IMG/VR virus record: IMGVR_UViG_3300010052_000166 | Location: 1 to 34,097 of that record | Length of the DNA stretch: 34,097 nt | Strand: one strand, 5' to 3' | Source: a virus | Taxonomy: Duplodnaviria > Caudoviricetes | In this document: positions 15,124 to 25,701 of the stretch, one piece after another | How the letters are laid out: every line of letters begins with the position of its first letter | Numbering within the stretch: position 1 is the stretch's first letter | Translations under genes and position numbers: made by a program | Notes under the pieces: generated by a model | Seen by the model: the letters and a program-made list of their open reading frames with translations, nothing else | What the model was told of the DNA's origin: nothing | Databases searched by the model: none

Positions 15124-17846
15124 TGGCGAAGGGCAACGCTCCGCTCCTGGCATTCAACCGCGGCATCGTTTCCCGCAAGGCGCTGTCGCGGACTGATGTC
15201 GATCGCATCCGGCTGTCGGCCGAGATCATGGAGAACTTCCTGCCGAAGACGGCTGGCGCCATGTTCCTGCGGCCAGGCTTTGGCTACATCGCGTCATCGC
15301 GCAATGACGCTGTGGCCATCGATATTCCCTTCGTAGCATCGACCGACGATACCGCGTTGATCGAACTTGGCGACGGCAAGATGCGGGTCCGTGTCAACGA
15401 TGCGCTCGTCTCGCGCGCCCCAGTCACGACTGCCGTGACAACGCCCACATTTTCATCCGGCACCGGCTGGACCGAAGCAAACACAGGCGGCGGCGATTGC
15501 ACCTTCGGCGGCTCGGGGCTGACCGTTAATGCAATCAACATCGGCGGCCTGGCGCTCTGCAAACAACAGGTGACCTGCTCCGGCGGCAATGTCGGTGTTA
15601 GGCATGCGCTCAATATCAACGTGACGCGCGGTCCGGTGACGTTCCGCTGCGGGTCGACCGATGGCGGTGATGACTATATCGCGGAAACCTCGCTGCGCAC
15701 CGGACAGCATAGTCTTGCGTTCACCCCTACGGGCAATTTCTGGGTTCAGTTCCAAAGCGACCTGGACATAGACAAGATTGTCGCGAGCTGCTCGGTCGCG
15801 TCTTTCGGCACGATGGAACTGGATATTCCATGGTCTGCTGCCGATCTGCCAAAGGTTAGGTGGGATCAGTCGGCGGACGTGTTGTTCATTGCTTGCGAGG
15901 GCTACCAGCAGAGGCGCGTTGAACGTCGCGCGACGGATAGCTGGTCGATTGCTCTCTACCAGCCAGAAACAGGTCCGTTCTTCGCCGCGCGAACCGCGCG
16001 AGTAAAGCTCAAAGTCGCGTCCACATACGGCAACACAACGTTGACGGCAGACAAGGCGTTCTTCAAATCGTCCCACGTCGGCGCGCTGTTTCGGCTATTC
16101 AACGAGGGTGCCAAGCAGACCTTCCGGCTTGGCTCATCTGGATCGTTCACGGAGCCATTTCGCGTTACCGGTGTCGTGGGCAGTACCGTCTACAATGATC
16201 GTGATTGGTCGTGGACGCTTACCGGAACTTGGGCCGGCACGTTGCGGTGGTATAGGTCGTTTGATGGCCCGGACACCGGGTTTAAGCAGTTTCGTAAAGC
16301 GAACGGCAGCAGCACGGTTGACATCACCGCAAACGAGGGTCCAACCACCAACGCGGATATCGACGACAACGCCGTCATTTACTACCGGATGGGCTTTGAG
16401 GAAGGCTCCTACACATCCGGGACTGCGGTCATCGCAATCAATTATGACGGCGGTGGCGGCTACGGCATCTGCAGGGTAATTTCCATCAATTCTTCTACAG
16501 AGGCCGTGGTTGAAATTCTCAACCGCTTCAACGATACGGTTTACACTGACAACTGGCAGGAAGGCATCTGGTCTGCCAAACAGGGTTGGCCTTCCGACGT
16601 GTCGTTCCACAAGGGTCGTCTCTTCTGGATCGGCAAGAGCCGGTTCATAGGATCCGTATCAGATGATTACGAGAATTTCGATCCCGACTACGACGGTGAC
16701 TCCGGTCCGATCAACCGCACGCTGGGCAGCGGTCCGGTCGACAAGATCAACTTCGCACTTTCGCTGACCCGCCTTCTGGTTGGAACGACGGGGTCGGAAT
16801 TCTCGATCAAGTCCACCTCGATCGATGAGCCACTGACCCCGCAGAACAGCCAGGCTGGTGATCCCTCGACCCAAGGTTCGCGCAAAGGGGTCAATGCGGC
16901 AAAGATCGACAGTCGGGGCATCTTTGCGCAGCGCTCGGGGAAGCGAGTTTTCGAACTGATCTTCGATGTCGACAGCTACGAATACAAACCGCGCGACCTG
17001 ACCTTGCTCGCTCCAGACCTGACAGGATCGGCGAAGGTTGTCGGCATGGCAGTCCAGCGGCAGCCAGACACACGACTTCATATCTGGCTCGATGACGGCA
17101 GCGTCGTTGTGCTGACCTATGAGCCGGACGAAGAGGTTTCCTGCTGGTCGCGCATTTCGCTGGGCGGCTCAGGCTTCGTGGAGCGGGTGGTGGTTCTGCC
17201 TGGTGAGGACGAAGATCAGGTCCACTATCGCGTCCGCTTCACCATTAACGCCGTAACAAAACGCTACCTTCTGAAAATGGCGATGGAATCGGAGTGCGTC
17301 GGCGGCACGACCAACAAGCAGGCGGACGCATTCATAGTGGTCGCTGCCGTCACCGGAACGTCGGTGACCGGCCTCTCGCACCTCGAAGGCAAGGAAGTTG
17401 TTGCCTGGGGCGGTGGCGCATATCTGGGCACATACACGGTCGCCTCGGGCGCGATCACGCTGTCGGCCGCTGTGACCGCCACAGACGTGCTGGTCGGGCT
17501 TTCCTACACCGGCCGGTACAAGTCGACCAAGCTGGCCTATGCCGCCCAGGCGGGCACGGCACTGGCACAGAAGAAGAAGCTCAACCGGCTCGCGCTGGTG
17601 CTGGGTCCGACCCACAACGACGGGCTCTACTTCGGCCGCGACTTCATCAACATGGATCCATTGCCGCGCACGCTCAACGGCCGTCCGGTCGCTCCAAACG
17701 AGATCATTGACGACTACGAACTCTCGGCGACCGCGTTTCCTGGTGCATGGGATACCGACAGCCGGCTCTGCCTGAAGGCGACAGCGCCCAAGCCGTGCGA
17801 GGTGCAGGCTGCTGTCATTTCGGTCGAAACCAGTGAAGCGGTCTGA
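15123..17846 (+). CDS. Tail tubular protein B / nozzle (T7 gp12-like)
   Basis: AFNRGIVS, ENFLP..AG...RPG, QSADVLF, GWPSDVSFHKGRLFW, GLSHLEGKEV, VGLSY. Confidence 0.88.
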   Translation: MAKGNAPLLAFNRGIVSRKALSRTDVDRIRLSAEIMENFLPKTAGAMFLRPGFGYIASSRNDAVAIDIPFVASTDDTALIELGDGKMRVRVNDALVSRAPVTTAVTTPTFSSGTGWTEANTGGGDCTFGGSGLTVNAINIGGLALCKQQVTCSGGNVGVRHALNINVTRGPVTFRCGSTDGGDDYIAETSLRTGQHSLAFTPTGNFWVQFQSDLDIDKIVASCSVASFGTMELDIPWSAADLPKVRWDQSADVLFIACEGYQQRRVERRATDSWSIALYQPETGPFFAARTARVKLKVASTYGNTTLTADKAFFKSSHVGALFRLFNEGAKQTFRLGSSGSFTEPFRVTGVVGSTVYNDRDWSWTLTGTWAGTLRWYRSFDGPDTGFKQFRKANGSSTVDITANEGPTTNADIDDNAVIYYRMGFEEGSYTSGTAVIAINYDGGGGYGICRVISINSSTEAVVEILNRFNDTVYTDNWQEGIWSAKQGWPSDVSFHKGRLFWIGKSRFIGSVSDDYENFDPDYDGDSGPINRTLGSGPVDKINFALSLTRLLVGTTGSEFSIKSTSIDEPLTPQNSQAGDPSTQGSRKGVNAAKIDSRGIFAQRSGKRVFELIFDVDSYEYKPRDLTLLAPDLTGSAKVVGMAVQRQPDTRLHIWLDDGSVVVLTYEPDEEVSCWSRISLGGSGFVERVVVLPGEDEDQVHYRVRFTINAVTKRYLLKMAMESECVGGTTNKQADAFIVVAAVTGTSVTGLSHLEGKEVVAWGGGAYLGTYTVASGAITLSAAVTATDVLVGLSYTGRYKSTKLAYAAQAGTALAQKKKLNRLALVLGPTHNDGLYFGRDFINMDPLPRTLNGRPVAPNEIIDDYELSATAFPGAWDTDSRLCLKATAPKPCEVQAAVISVETSEAV

Positions 17847-18198
17847 TCGGCCGATCATCGTTCCCCTGACGCATGACCATCTCGTCGAAATGCTCGGCGA
17901 AGACGGGCGGCGTCCGTCGGTCAAGGGGATTGCGGCCTACGTCGGCGGCAAGCTGGTCGGTGTAGGCGGGCTCTTCTTCATGCCCGGCCATGTCGTCGCG
18001 TTCTGCGAATTGCGGGAAGAAGCCCGGCCATATCGCACAACAATTGCCATGGCAGCGGCCGTGCTGATCCGCGAAGCCAAGCGCCGGCACAAGCGCATCA
18101 TCGCGATGATCGATCGAACCGAACCGACCGCTGAGAAGTGGCTGACCAAATTGGGCTTCACGCACCAACAGGGGGACCTCTGGACATGGCTGGCCTAG
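17833..18198 (+). CDS. T7 gp13-position protein, GNAT-like
   Basis: 121 aa between nozzle and ejection genes; C-terminal AEKWLTKLGF motif. Confidence 0.65.
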   Translation: MKRSDRPIIVPLTHDHLVEMLGEDGRRPSVKGIAAYVGGKLVGVGGLFFMPGHVVAFCELREEARPYRTTIAMAAAVLIREAKRRHKRIIAMIDRTEPTAEKWLTKLGFTHQQGDLWTWLA

Positions 18199-18692
18199 AA
18201 ACCATCGGGCTCATTGCTGGTCTGATCGGGTCCGGTGTTTCTGCCGCCGGGACGATTGCGGCCGGCAATCAGGCTGAGGCATCGGCAGAGTTCGAGGCAA
18301 AGCAGCTCGAAGCTGCCGCGAACGAAGAGAAAGCTGCGGCGCAACGCGAGGCTGCTACCAAGCGCAAGGAACGCGATTTCATCCTTTCGCGGCAACAGGC
18401 GGTCGCGGGTGCGTCGAACCTCGGCGCACTCGATGAAACCGTTCTCGATCTCGCTGGCGACGTCGTCCAGGAAAGCGCTGTGCAGGAAGGCATGATCCGC
18501 TACGGCGGCGACAGTCGCGCGGCCGGCCGACGTGCGCAAGCACAGGCCGCGCGGCTCTCTGGCCAAGCCGCGAAGACAGGCTCCTATCTCTCGGCAGCCG
18601 GCACGATCATCGGAGGTGTCGGATCATTCGCCAGCGACTATTCGGCGGCGAAGAAGCCGTCCTCGTCCACCTATTCCTCACGGTATGCCTGA
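18186..18692 (+). CDS. Internal virion (ejection) protein, gp14-like
   Basis: Hydrophobic Gly/Ala-rich N- and C-terminal segments flanking a coiled coil; gene position. Confidence 0.72.
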   Translation: MAGLETIGLIAGLIGSGVSAAGTIAAGNQAEASAEFEAKQLEAAANEEKAAAQREAATKRKERDFILSRQQAVAGASNLGALDETVLDLAGDVVQESAVQEGMIRYGGDSRAAGRRAQAQAARLSGQAAKTGSYLSAAGTIIGGVGSFASDYSAAKKPSSSTYSSRYA

Positions 18693-21466
18693 TGGCGATG
18701 AAGCTTCCCGGTGTCGAAGCGCTGAGCGGTGGTCCCTCGGGCCGCTCGGGCACGCCGATTGCGTCCTACGACACGACGGCGATCGGTCGTGGCGCTGCGC
18801 AACTCGGCGCCGGCATCGCGTCGCTTGGGGCCGACCTGAACCGTGTCGCGGCGACGAAGACGGCGACCGTCGATCAGGCGACGGCGTTCGAAACCGATCG
18901 CCGCTTCCTCGAGTTCTCGGCTGCCCAGGAGAAGGCGCTGCAGGATGCCGGCCAGACGACACAGCCGGGTGCCTTCGGCTTCAGCGAAGGCTATCGGGAA
19001 AATTACATCAAGGCCGCGAAAGAGTTCTACGCAACTGTCCCGGAAGAGCTGAAGCCCGAATTCGACGTGAAGCTCTTCAAGGCGGAAGACAGCCTGTTCG
19101 GCCGCGCCAACACATTCGAACGCGAGCAGCGTGCCGGCTACTACACGACAAAGGTCTCCGAGGGCCTGAAGGTCATCGAAGACAAGCTTTACCGAAATCC
19201 GAAGGCGTTCGATCAAAACCTCGCGGATGGCAACGCCTTCATCGACAACATCCCTGATACCGATGTCTCGCCGATCGCCAAGGACGCACTGCGCCGCGAG
19301 TGGAAGAAAAAGGCTCAGCTTGCCTCGCTGAACGGCATGCCGCCGGAAGAACGCATGCGCGTGCTGGGTGAAGGCGCTACGGTCGACGTTGCCTCGATCG
19401 GCTCCGGCCATGAGGGCGCCAAGGCGCTCATCCGCAACAAGGAAGGGTTCCGGGCAACGCCCTATTGGGACGTGAACGCGCATCGCATTGGCTATGGGTC
19501 TGACACGGTCACCACGGCCGACGGCAGGGTCCTGAAAGTCGTGCCCGGCATGACCATCACCAAGGCCGATGCTGAGCGGGACCTTGATCGCCGCGCTGCT
19601 GAATTCGAGGCCGGTGTGATCGCCGATGTAGGGCAACGCGAGTGGGGGGCGATGCCGCCAGCTGCGCAAGCCGCACTGGTCTCCGTGGCCTACAACTACG
19701 GCTCGCTGCCAAACAGCGTGGTGAACGCGGTCAAGTCAGGAGATATCGACGCTATTGCAGCTTCGGTCGAAGGTTTGCAGGATCACAACAATGGCATCAA
19801 CGCCGCGCGCCGTCGATCCGAAGCCGCGATGATCCGTGGCAAGGGTGGCATGCCCGGCGTTGTCCCCAATGAGGTCGATCCGCGCTTTGCCGACATGACA
19901 TATGGCGAACGCGAGACCATAATCGCATCGTCGGCCAAGGATGTCGCCGACCTGGCTGCTGCTGATGCGGCAAAGCAGAAGGTCGCCTACGACCTGCATG
20001 ACCAGGCGCTCGGGCTCGATATCGAACTGGGCAAGGTTGTCAGCGAATCCCAGATCATCAACGACGCCTCGCTGTCGGACCAGGACATCCTCAAGCACCT
20101 AAAAGCGCTGCGTTCGAAGCAGAAGGAAGACGGCGATGTGCGCGACCTCGTCGGCGCCATTGTCGGGGGCGACAGCAAGGGTGCGGCGGTCAACGGCTTC
20201 GATGCCGAGGAAAAGAAGCTCGGCGACAAGGCCTACAAGGCGATGCTCGATGCCGCGCCTGATCAAGCCGATGTGGTGACGGAGACCTTCGTTAGGTCCA
20301 CCGGCTACGTGCCAAAGACGGTCCAGGCTGAAATCAGGCAGGGTGTAGCGTCCAAGGAGCCCGCAGTCCTCGCTGCGACGCTCTCACGGGCCGACGCGCT
20401 GGAACTGGCCGCGCCAGTCTCCTTTGGTGCATTCGAGGGAGGAACCGACGCGCGTGAGAAGCTGTCGCTCTTCCGGCACTACGTCAACGACCTCGGCCTT
20501 GCCGGCGACGACGCTGCGCAGCGCATCATCTCGATGAACGATCCTGCCGTGAAGGTGAATCGCGACGTGCTGAAGCCGGCGGTTCCCGACTTCCTGAAGA
20601 CGCTTGCGGTGACCGACGTGACGGATGCCTTCGATCCCGGCTTCTTCTCAGCGGAGCCCGGCGCCGGTGTCATGCCTATCCAGGTGAACGGCCTGCTCGC
20701 CGAATACAAGGAACTGGCGGAACAGAAGTTCTACCAGACGGGCGGCGATGCGGGTGCTGCCAAGGCCTTGGCTTTGGCCGACATCAAACAGCGCTGGAAT
20801 GTGTCCAACGTCTCAGGAACGCCGAACCTGATGCGGATGCCTCCGGAACTCTACTATCCGGCTGTGGATGGCGCACACACATACCTTCGCGACGATGCGC
20901 TGGAGACCGCCACCAAGTACGTTGGCGATACCTTTCCCGATCGTAAGGTCGACAATGTCGCCATCCTCGCCGATGCGCAGACGCGCGCCGATGTCGAGAT
21001 GGGACGTCCGCCGCGCTACCGGCTCTTCTACCAATACACCAAGGAAGGGCAGGCCCAGTTCGATGAAGTCGTGGGCGCTCCCTGGGGCCTCGATACCAAG
21101 GCGACCGAAGAGAGGGCGCTGTCGGAACGCCAGCGGGCAAAGAAGGCGTTCCTGGATGATCGCCAGCGGAACGCTGAGGCAGACGACATTAAAGACAAGT
21201 CGAAAGCCGAAGCCGACCGGATCATTGCTGATCCCGCGCAGCCGGACTGGCTGAAGGCGATGCGTGCGCAGAACGCTATGACGCTTGGGGAAATGGAGGC
21301 GGCTGAGAAGCGCAAATCTCCGCCGCGTGACAAACTCGTCGGCTCGAAGAAGTTTCCTCGGGCTGCGATGGACAAGGCGATCATGGACCTGACCTACCCG
21401 TTTGACGACAGCATGCCGCTACCGGGCACGCTGGGCGGGCCCATGCCATTCATGGGTGGGCAGTAA
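18692..21466 (+). CDS. Internal virion (ejection) protein with GH24 lysozyme-like domain
   Basis: 924 aa helical protein; LIRNKEGFRATPYWD...IGYG, ALVSVAYNYG and RRRSEA at about 19420-19835. Confidence 0.82.
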   Translation: MAMKLPGVEALSGGPSGRSGTPIASYDTTAIGRGAAQLGAGIASLGADLNRVAATKTATVDQATAFETDRRFLEFSAAQEKALQDAGQTTQPGAFGFSEGYRENYIKAAKEFYATVPEELKPEFDVKLFKAEDSLFGRANTFEREQRAGYYTTKVSEGLKVIEDKLYRNPKAFDQNLADGNAFIDNIPDTDVSPIAKDALRREWKKKAQLASLNGMPPEERMRVLGEGATVDVASIGSGHEGAKALIRNKEGFRATPYWDVNAHRIGYGSDTVTTADGRVLKVVPGMTITKADAERDLDRRAAEFEAGVIADVGQREWGAMPPAAQAALVSVAYNYGSLPNSVVNAVKSGDIDAIAASVEGLQDHNNGINAARRRSEAAMIRGKGGMPGVVPNEVDPRFADMTYGERETIIASSAKDVADLAAADAAKQKVAYDLHDQALGLDIELGKVVSESQIINDASLSDQDILKHLKALRSKQKEDGDVRDLVGAIVGGDSKGAAVNGFDAEEKKLGDKAYKAMLDAAPDQADVVTETFVRSTGYVPKTVQAEIRQGVASKEPAVLAATLSRADALELAAPVSFGAFEGGTDAREKLSLFRHYVNDLGLAGDDAAQRIISMNDPAVKVNRDVLKPAVPDFLKTLAVTDVTDAFDPGFFSAEPGAGVMPIQVNGLLAEYKELAEQKFYQTGGDAGAAKALALADIKQRWNVSNVSGTPNLMRMPPELYYPAVDGAHTYLRDDALETATKYVGDTFPDRKVDNVAILADAQTRADVEMGRPPRYRLFYQYTKEGQAQFDEVVGAPWGLDTKATEERALSERQRAKKAFLDDRQRNAEADDIKDKSKAEADRIIADPAQPDWLKAMRAQNAMTLGEMEAAEKRKSPPRDKLVGSKKFPRAAMDKAIMDLTYPFDDSMPLPGTLGGPMPFMGGQ

Positions 21467-24400
21467 TGCCGCTCATCACCTATCCAGAAGACAGGCCGGC
21501 TCTCGGCTCGTTCCGCCCGGTCGACTACAGTCGGCCGGAAGAGGAAACGGTCGACCCCGGCTTGCTTGTCGAGATCGGTGCGGCGTTTCGCCAGGACAAC
21601 ACCATCGGCTCCTACGCCAGCAACAGGATGGCAGGGATAGATCGCTCGGAGCGCGAAGAGGGATTCACCGGTGACGTGCTGTGGAGCGAAATCGCAGGCA
21701 CGCCCTATGAGGCGCATTGGGAGCGGTTCTCGGAAGTGTTCAACCGTCGCGCCTTCAATGCGCTGAAATCCCAGATCGATATGGAAACCGAAGACCGGCG
21801 CACGCTCGATGCCGGCGGTTTTTCAGCCGTCCTCGCCCAGTTCGGTGCGGCGGGCATGGATCTTCCCTCGCTAATCCCCGGCGGCGCAATAGTCCGCAAT
21901 GTCCGCCAGGGCGTGAACATCGCCCGTACGGCCGTTTCCGGGGCTGCTGCTGGCGCGCTGGGCGCTGGTGTGTCGGAACTGGCGCTGCAGTCCACACAGG
22001 AGACCCGGCCGCTCTCAGAAAGCGCCGTAGCGATCGGTGGCGGTGCGCTGCTGGGGACGTTCCTCGGGGGCACGGTCGGCGCGATCTACTCCAAGACTGA
22101 ACGTTCGGCCGCACTGCGCGCTGTGGCAAAGGCGCAAGAGCCGCGCGACGAAAACGGACTCGTGTCCGATTTCAGGGCTGGCTTGGTCGAAGGGCAGAGT
22201 GCCGGCGCTGCTGCTGTCGATCGGCCGTTTCTCGAAGACTACGACATTGCCTCAGGCGCCAAGGCGATCGGTCGGGCCACTGCTCGCCTAAATCCGCTGC
22301 TGCGCGCTGCTCATTCTCCCTCGGCGGTGCATCGCTCGATCATGGCTGACGTAGCGGAGACCGGCTACTACCTCGAAAAGAACGTGCGCGGCGAAGGCAA
22401 CATTGCTGTCGAAAGCGCCGTCAAGTTCTGGGATCGCGGTGCGCTCGCCAAGGGCCTGACCGATATGCGCGCGCTCTATGACGAGGGCCGCAAGAGCGGT
22501 CTCGACATGGACCTTGGCGAGTTTCGCGAAGCTGTCAGCATGGCGATGCGCCGTGGCGACGTGGGTCAACACGACGCAGTGTCCAAGGCTGCAAAGGCCT
22601 GGCGTTCATCCCTGTTCGATCCCCTCAAGGATCAGGCAATCGAAGTGGGCCTTTTGCCGCCCGACGTGTCAGTGAAAACGGCGACCTCCTATCTCACGCG
22701 CCTTTGGAGTTCTCCGCGACTGACGGCCGGTGAGCAGCGTTTCAAATCGATCGTCCGGCCGTGGCTTGCCGGCCAACTGCAGGATCTGGAATTCAAGGCC
22801 GACGAGATCAGGATCGGCAACCGCATCATCGACTCCGACAAGGCGCGGGAGGCCTTTGACAGGCTCGACGAAAAGGTTGCCGGTATGGAAAGCCGTCTGC
22901 AGGAGAGGCAGGGCTACCGGGCCAAGCGCATGTCGAACCTGGCCGAACTTCAGCAGACGCGGCAGGATGTGCTGAAAGAACGCGCGCCGAAGCAACTGGT
23001 GGACATGCTGCGCGGCAAGGAAGAGACGGCGGTCATGGTGGACACGGTCAAGGAAGCGCGGGCACTGCTGCGCTCGGCCGGCAAGCAGAAGTCCTTTGCC
23101 GAACGCCAGCCGATCATCGCTCTGATCCGCTCGAAGGGTGGCGTGCGGATCGGTTCGCAGCTTCATGGCGAGCTGCGGGCAATGGGCGTGACGCCGACGA
23201 CGCATCCGGGTTTGTTTCGCAAGCGCGGTGGCATCGGCGATGTCGACAACTTCGTGCACAGCGAAGACGACTTCTTCGCCAGTCTGCCGACCGACGATAC
23301 CGGCGACTATGTCGATCCCCGCGCAATCTACGAGGGGATCAAGGATGAACTCGGCGGCAATCCCCTGAAGTCGCCGGATGAGATCGAGGCGGAAGCCTAC
23401 CTCGACAACATCGACAAGGTGGCTTCGGAGTGGCTGGAACGTGTCGGCCTGTCCGAAAACGCCACGGTGAAGGACGTACGCGATTTCATCGCCCGCGTGC
23501 TTGGTGCCGAACGCAACACTGAGGGCATCGACAGCCGCATCTCCCGGCTTGAAAAGGAACTGGAAGACTTCGACCAGGCGACGCATCGCATGGTCAACGA
23601 CCGGGACATCACGGCCGCTGAGGCAAAGGCGGCGCGCGAAGCCATGGATGCTCTCGATGCCGAACTCGAACAGGTGGGCGACATCGCCAATGCCTCGCCT
23701 CGGGTCTCGCTGATCGTCGATCTCGCCACCACGAAACGGAAGCTGTTCAAAGCCAAGATGAAGGCCAGCAGCCTCGCCAAGCGTGTGGACGCCATCAAGC
23801 GGCTCGATGCCGAAGGCGGCGCCAACGATGAAATCCTGGCCGAACTGGCGGCAAAGGAAATCGAGCTTGGCCGTGCGCGAGCTGAAATCGACGGGCTGAA
23901 AGTCAAGGCCGACCGGCTCGAACCAATGCAGCCCAAGGTCAAAACCGAAATCCCCGAATTCCTGTCTCCGGCCGATCGGCAGGACTACATCAACGACATT
24001 GTCGACGACATCTTCAACCAGCTCACCGGCCGGGCTCAACAGGGCATGCCGTCCTACGACATGGTTATGTCCGCGCGCGGCCCGCTGAAAGAGCGCACCT
24101 TCAACATCCCTGACGAGCTGATCGAAGAGTTTTTGGAACGGGATATCGAACTGATAGCCCGCCGCTATGCCCGCGTCATGGCTGCCGATGTCGAACTCAC
24201 CCGTATGGACAAGCGCCTGGGCGGACCTGGGAAGCCGGACCTCAAAGGGCAACTCGACCGCGTGGCAGCCGACTACAAGGCGATGCGTGAGGCCGTGATT
24301 GCCTCGTCCGATCTGGATCAGAAGGCCAAGGAAGCCGCGCTCAAGGAACTCGCGGCGCGTGAGAAGAGCGATGTGGAGGATCTGGGCAGCGTCCGCGACC

Positions 24401-25701
24401 TACTGCGGGGGCAGTATCAGGTTGCGAGCCAGCACACGAATTTTGCCCGCGTGCTGAACATTGCCCAGTCGTTCAACTTCCTGCGCTCGCTCGGCGGTGT
24501 AGTGGCGTCGTCGCTGTCGGACGCCGTCAGGCCTCCCATGGTGCACGGAATGACGCGCTACGTCCGGGAAGGCATCGCGCCGCTGGTGACGAACCTGAAG
24601 GGGTACAAGATGGCGGTGGAAGACGCCAAGCTGATGGGTGCTGTCACGGAACGCGTGCTGCAATCGCGCATTGCGACCATGGCAGAGTTGAACGATCCCT
24701 ATGCGCAGAACTCGCCTTTCGAGCGGCTCGTCGCGAACATGGCAAACGTTTTTTCGAAGATGACGCTGCTTCCGTACTGGAACGATATCCACAAGTCGAT
24801 CGCTTCGGTGCTGGTCCAAAACCGTGTCCTGAAAAACTCCATGGTCGACTACGAGAGGCTGGCCGCTCCAGAAAAGAAGTACATGGGCTTCCTCGGCATC
24901 GACGCCTTCATGGCTGAACGGATAGCCAGGCAGTTCGACGAATTCGGCAAGGTAGAGGGCGGCGTCCATGTGCCCGGTATCGAGCGCTGGTCGGATGATG
25001 GTGCGCGACGGGCATTCGCGGCGGCGGTTAACAAGGATGTTGATGGCGTCATCGTCACCAAAGGCGTCGCCGACGTGCCGCTGTTTGCTCATACACCGGC
25101 TGGTCGAGCACTGCTCCAGTTCCGGACCTTCGCGCTCTCCACCAACCAACGCGTCCTGATGCGCGGAATGCAGGAAGGGCAGGCTAAGTTTCTGACCGGC
25201 GTCACCGGCATGATGGCGCTCGGCATGGCTGCGTATTGGTTCAAGCAGCGCGAATCCGGACGCGACCTGTCCAACAATCCCGGGACCTGGGTCGCGGAAG
25301 GCCTTGAACGCTCCGGCATATTCGCCATTGCATTCGAGATCAACAACACCTGGGAGAAGGTCGGCGGGCCGGGCTTCTTCGCTGTGGCGTCTCTCGGCGG
25401 CAAGTTCGCCAATCCCGATGCCGACATGCGCCAGCCAGCCTCGCGCTACGCGAACCGCGATGCGTTCGGCGCTGCGCTTGGTCCTTCATTCCAGCTCGGG
25501 ACGGACGCGCTGCAATTGCTGGGCGTGCCGGCTCGCATGGCCGGTGGGGACTTCGACGTGAAGCCCGCTGACATCAACCGGGCAACCAGCATGGTGCCGT
25601 TCTATACGCTGCCTTATTGGCGCTGGTTCATGGAAGGCGGATTCTCGGATTGGACAGGCTGGGAAGGCGTCGAACCGAAGCTGAAGGAAGCTGTCGAGTA
25701 G
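21466..25701 (+). CDS. Large internal virion (ejection) protein, gp16-position
   Basis: 1411 aa, helical; YLTRLW, LKERT and LLQFRTF motifs; located before the tail fibre. Confidence 0.8.
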   Translation: MPLITYPEDRPALGSFRPVDYSRPEEETVDPGLLVEIGAAFRQDNTIGSYASNRMAGIDRSEREEGFTGDVLWSEIAGTPYEAHWERFSEVFNRRAFNALKSQIDMETEDRRTLDAGGFSAVLAQFGAAGMDLPSLIPGGAIVRNVRQGVNIARTAVSGAAAGALGAGVSELALQSTQETRPLSESAVAIGGGALLGTFLGGTVGAIYSKTERSAALRAVAKAQEPRDENGLVSDFRAGLVEGQSAGAAAVDRPFLEDYDIASGAKAIGRATARLNPLLRAAHSPSAVHRSIMADVAETGYYLEKNVRGEGNIAVESAVKFWDRGALAKGLTDMRALYDEGRKSGLDMDLGEFREAVSMAMRRGDVGQHDAVSKAAKAWRSSLFDPLKDQAIEVGLLPPDVSVKTATSYLTRLWSSPRLTAGEQRFKSIVRPWLAGQLQDLEFKADEIRIGNRIIDSDKAREAFDRLDEKVAGMESRLQERQGYRAKRMSNLAELQQTRQDVLKERAPKQLVDMLRGKEETAVMVDTVKEARALLRSAGKQKSFAERQPIIALIRSKGGVRIGSQLHGELRAMGVTPTTHPGLFRKRGGIGDVDNFVHSEDDFFASLPTDDTGDYVDPRAIYEGIKDELGGNPLKSPDEIEAEAYLDNIDKVASEWLERVGLSENATVKDVRDFIARVLGAERNTEGIDSRISRLEKELEDFDQATHRMVNDRDITAAEAKAAREAMDALDAELEQVGDIANASPRVSLIVDLATTKRKLFKAKMKASSLAKRVDAIKRLDAEGGANDEILAELAAKEIELGRARAEIDGLKVKADRLEPMQPKVKTEIPEFLSPADRQDYINDIVDDIFNQLTGRAQQGMPSYDMVMSARGPLKERTFNIPDELIEEFLERDIELIARRYARVMAADVELTRMDKRLGGPGKPDLKGQLDRVAADYKAMREAVIASSDLDQKAKEAALKELAAREKSDVEDLGSVRDLLRGQYQVASQHTNFARVLNIAQSFNFLRSLGGVVASSLSDAVRPPMVHGMTRYVREGIAPLVTNLKGYKMAVEDAKLMGAVTERVLQSRIATMAELNDPYAQNSPFERLVANMANVFSKMTLLPYWNDIHKSIASVLVQNRVLKNSMVDYERLAAPEKKYMGFLGIDAFMAERIARQFDEFGKVEGGVHVPGIERWSDDGARRAFAAAVNKDVDGVIVTKGVADVPLFAHTPAGRALLQFRTFALSTNQRVLMRGMQEGQAKFLTGVTGMMALGMAAYWFKQRESGRDLSNNPGTWVAEGLERSGIFAIAFEINNTWEKVGGPGFFAVASLGGKFANPDADMRQPASRYANRDAFGAALGPSFQLGTDALQLLGVPARMAGGDFDVKPADINRATSMVPFYTLPYWRWFMEGGFSDWTGWEGVEPKLKEAVE

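Noticed and set aside
22669-24252. 527-aa minus-strand ORF and other long antisense ORFs (e.g. 9933-10811, 18671-19669, 29451-30434)
   Set aside because: Shadow frames of GC-rich, codon-biased plus-strand genes; no motifs.
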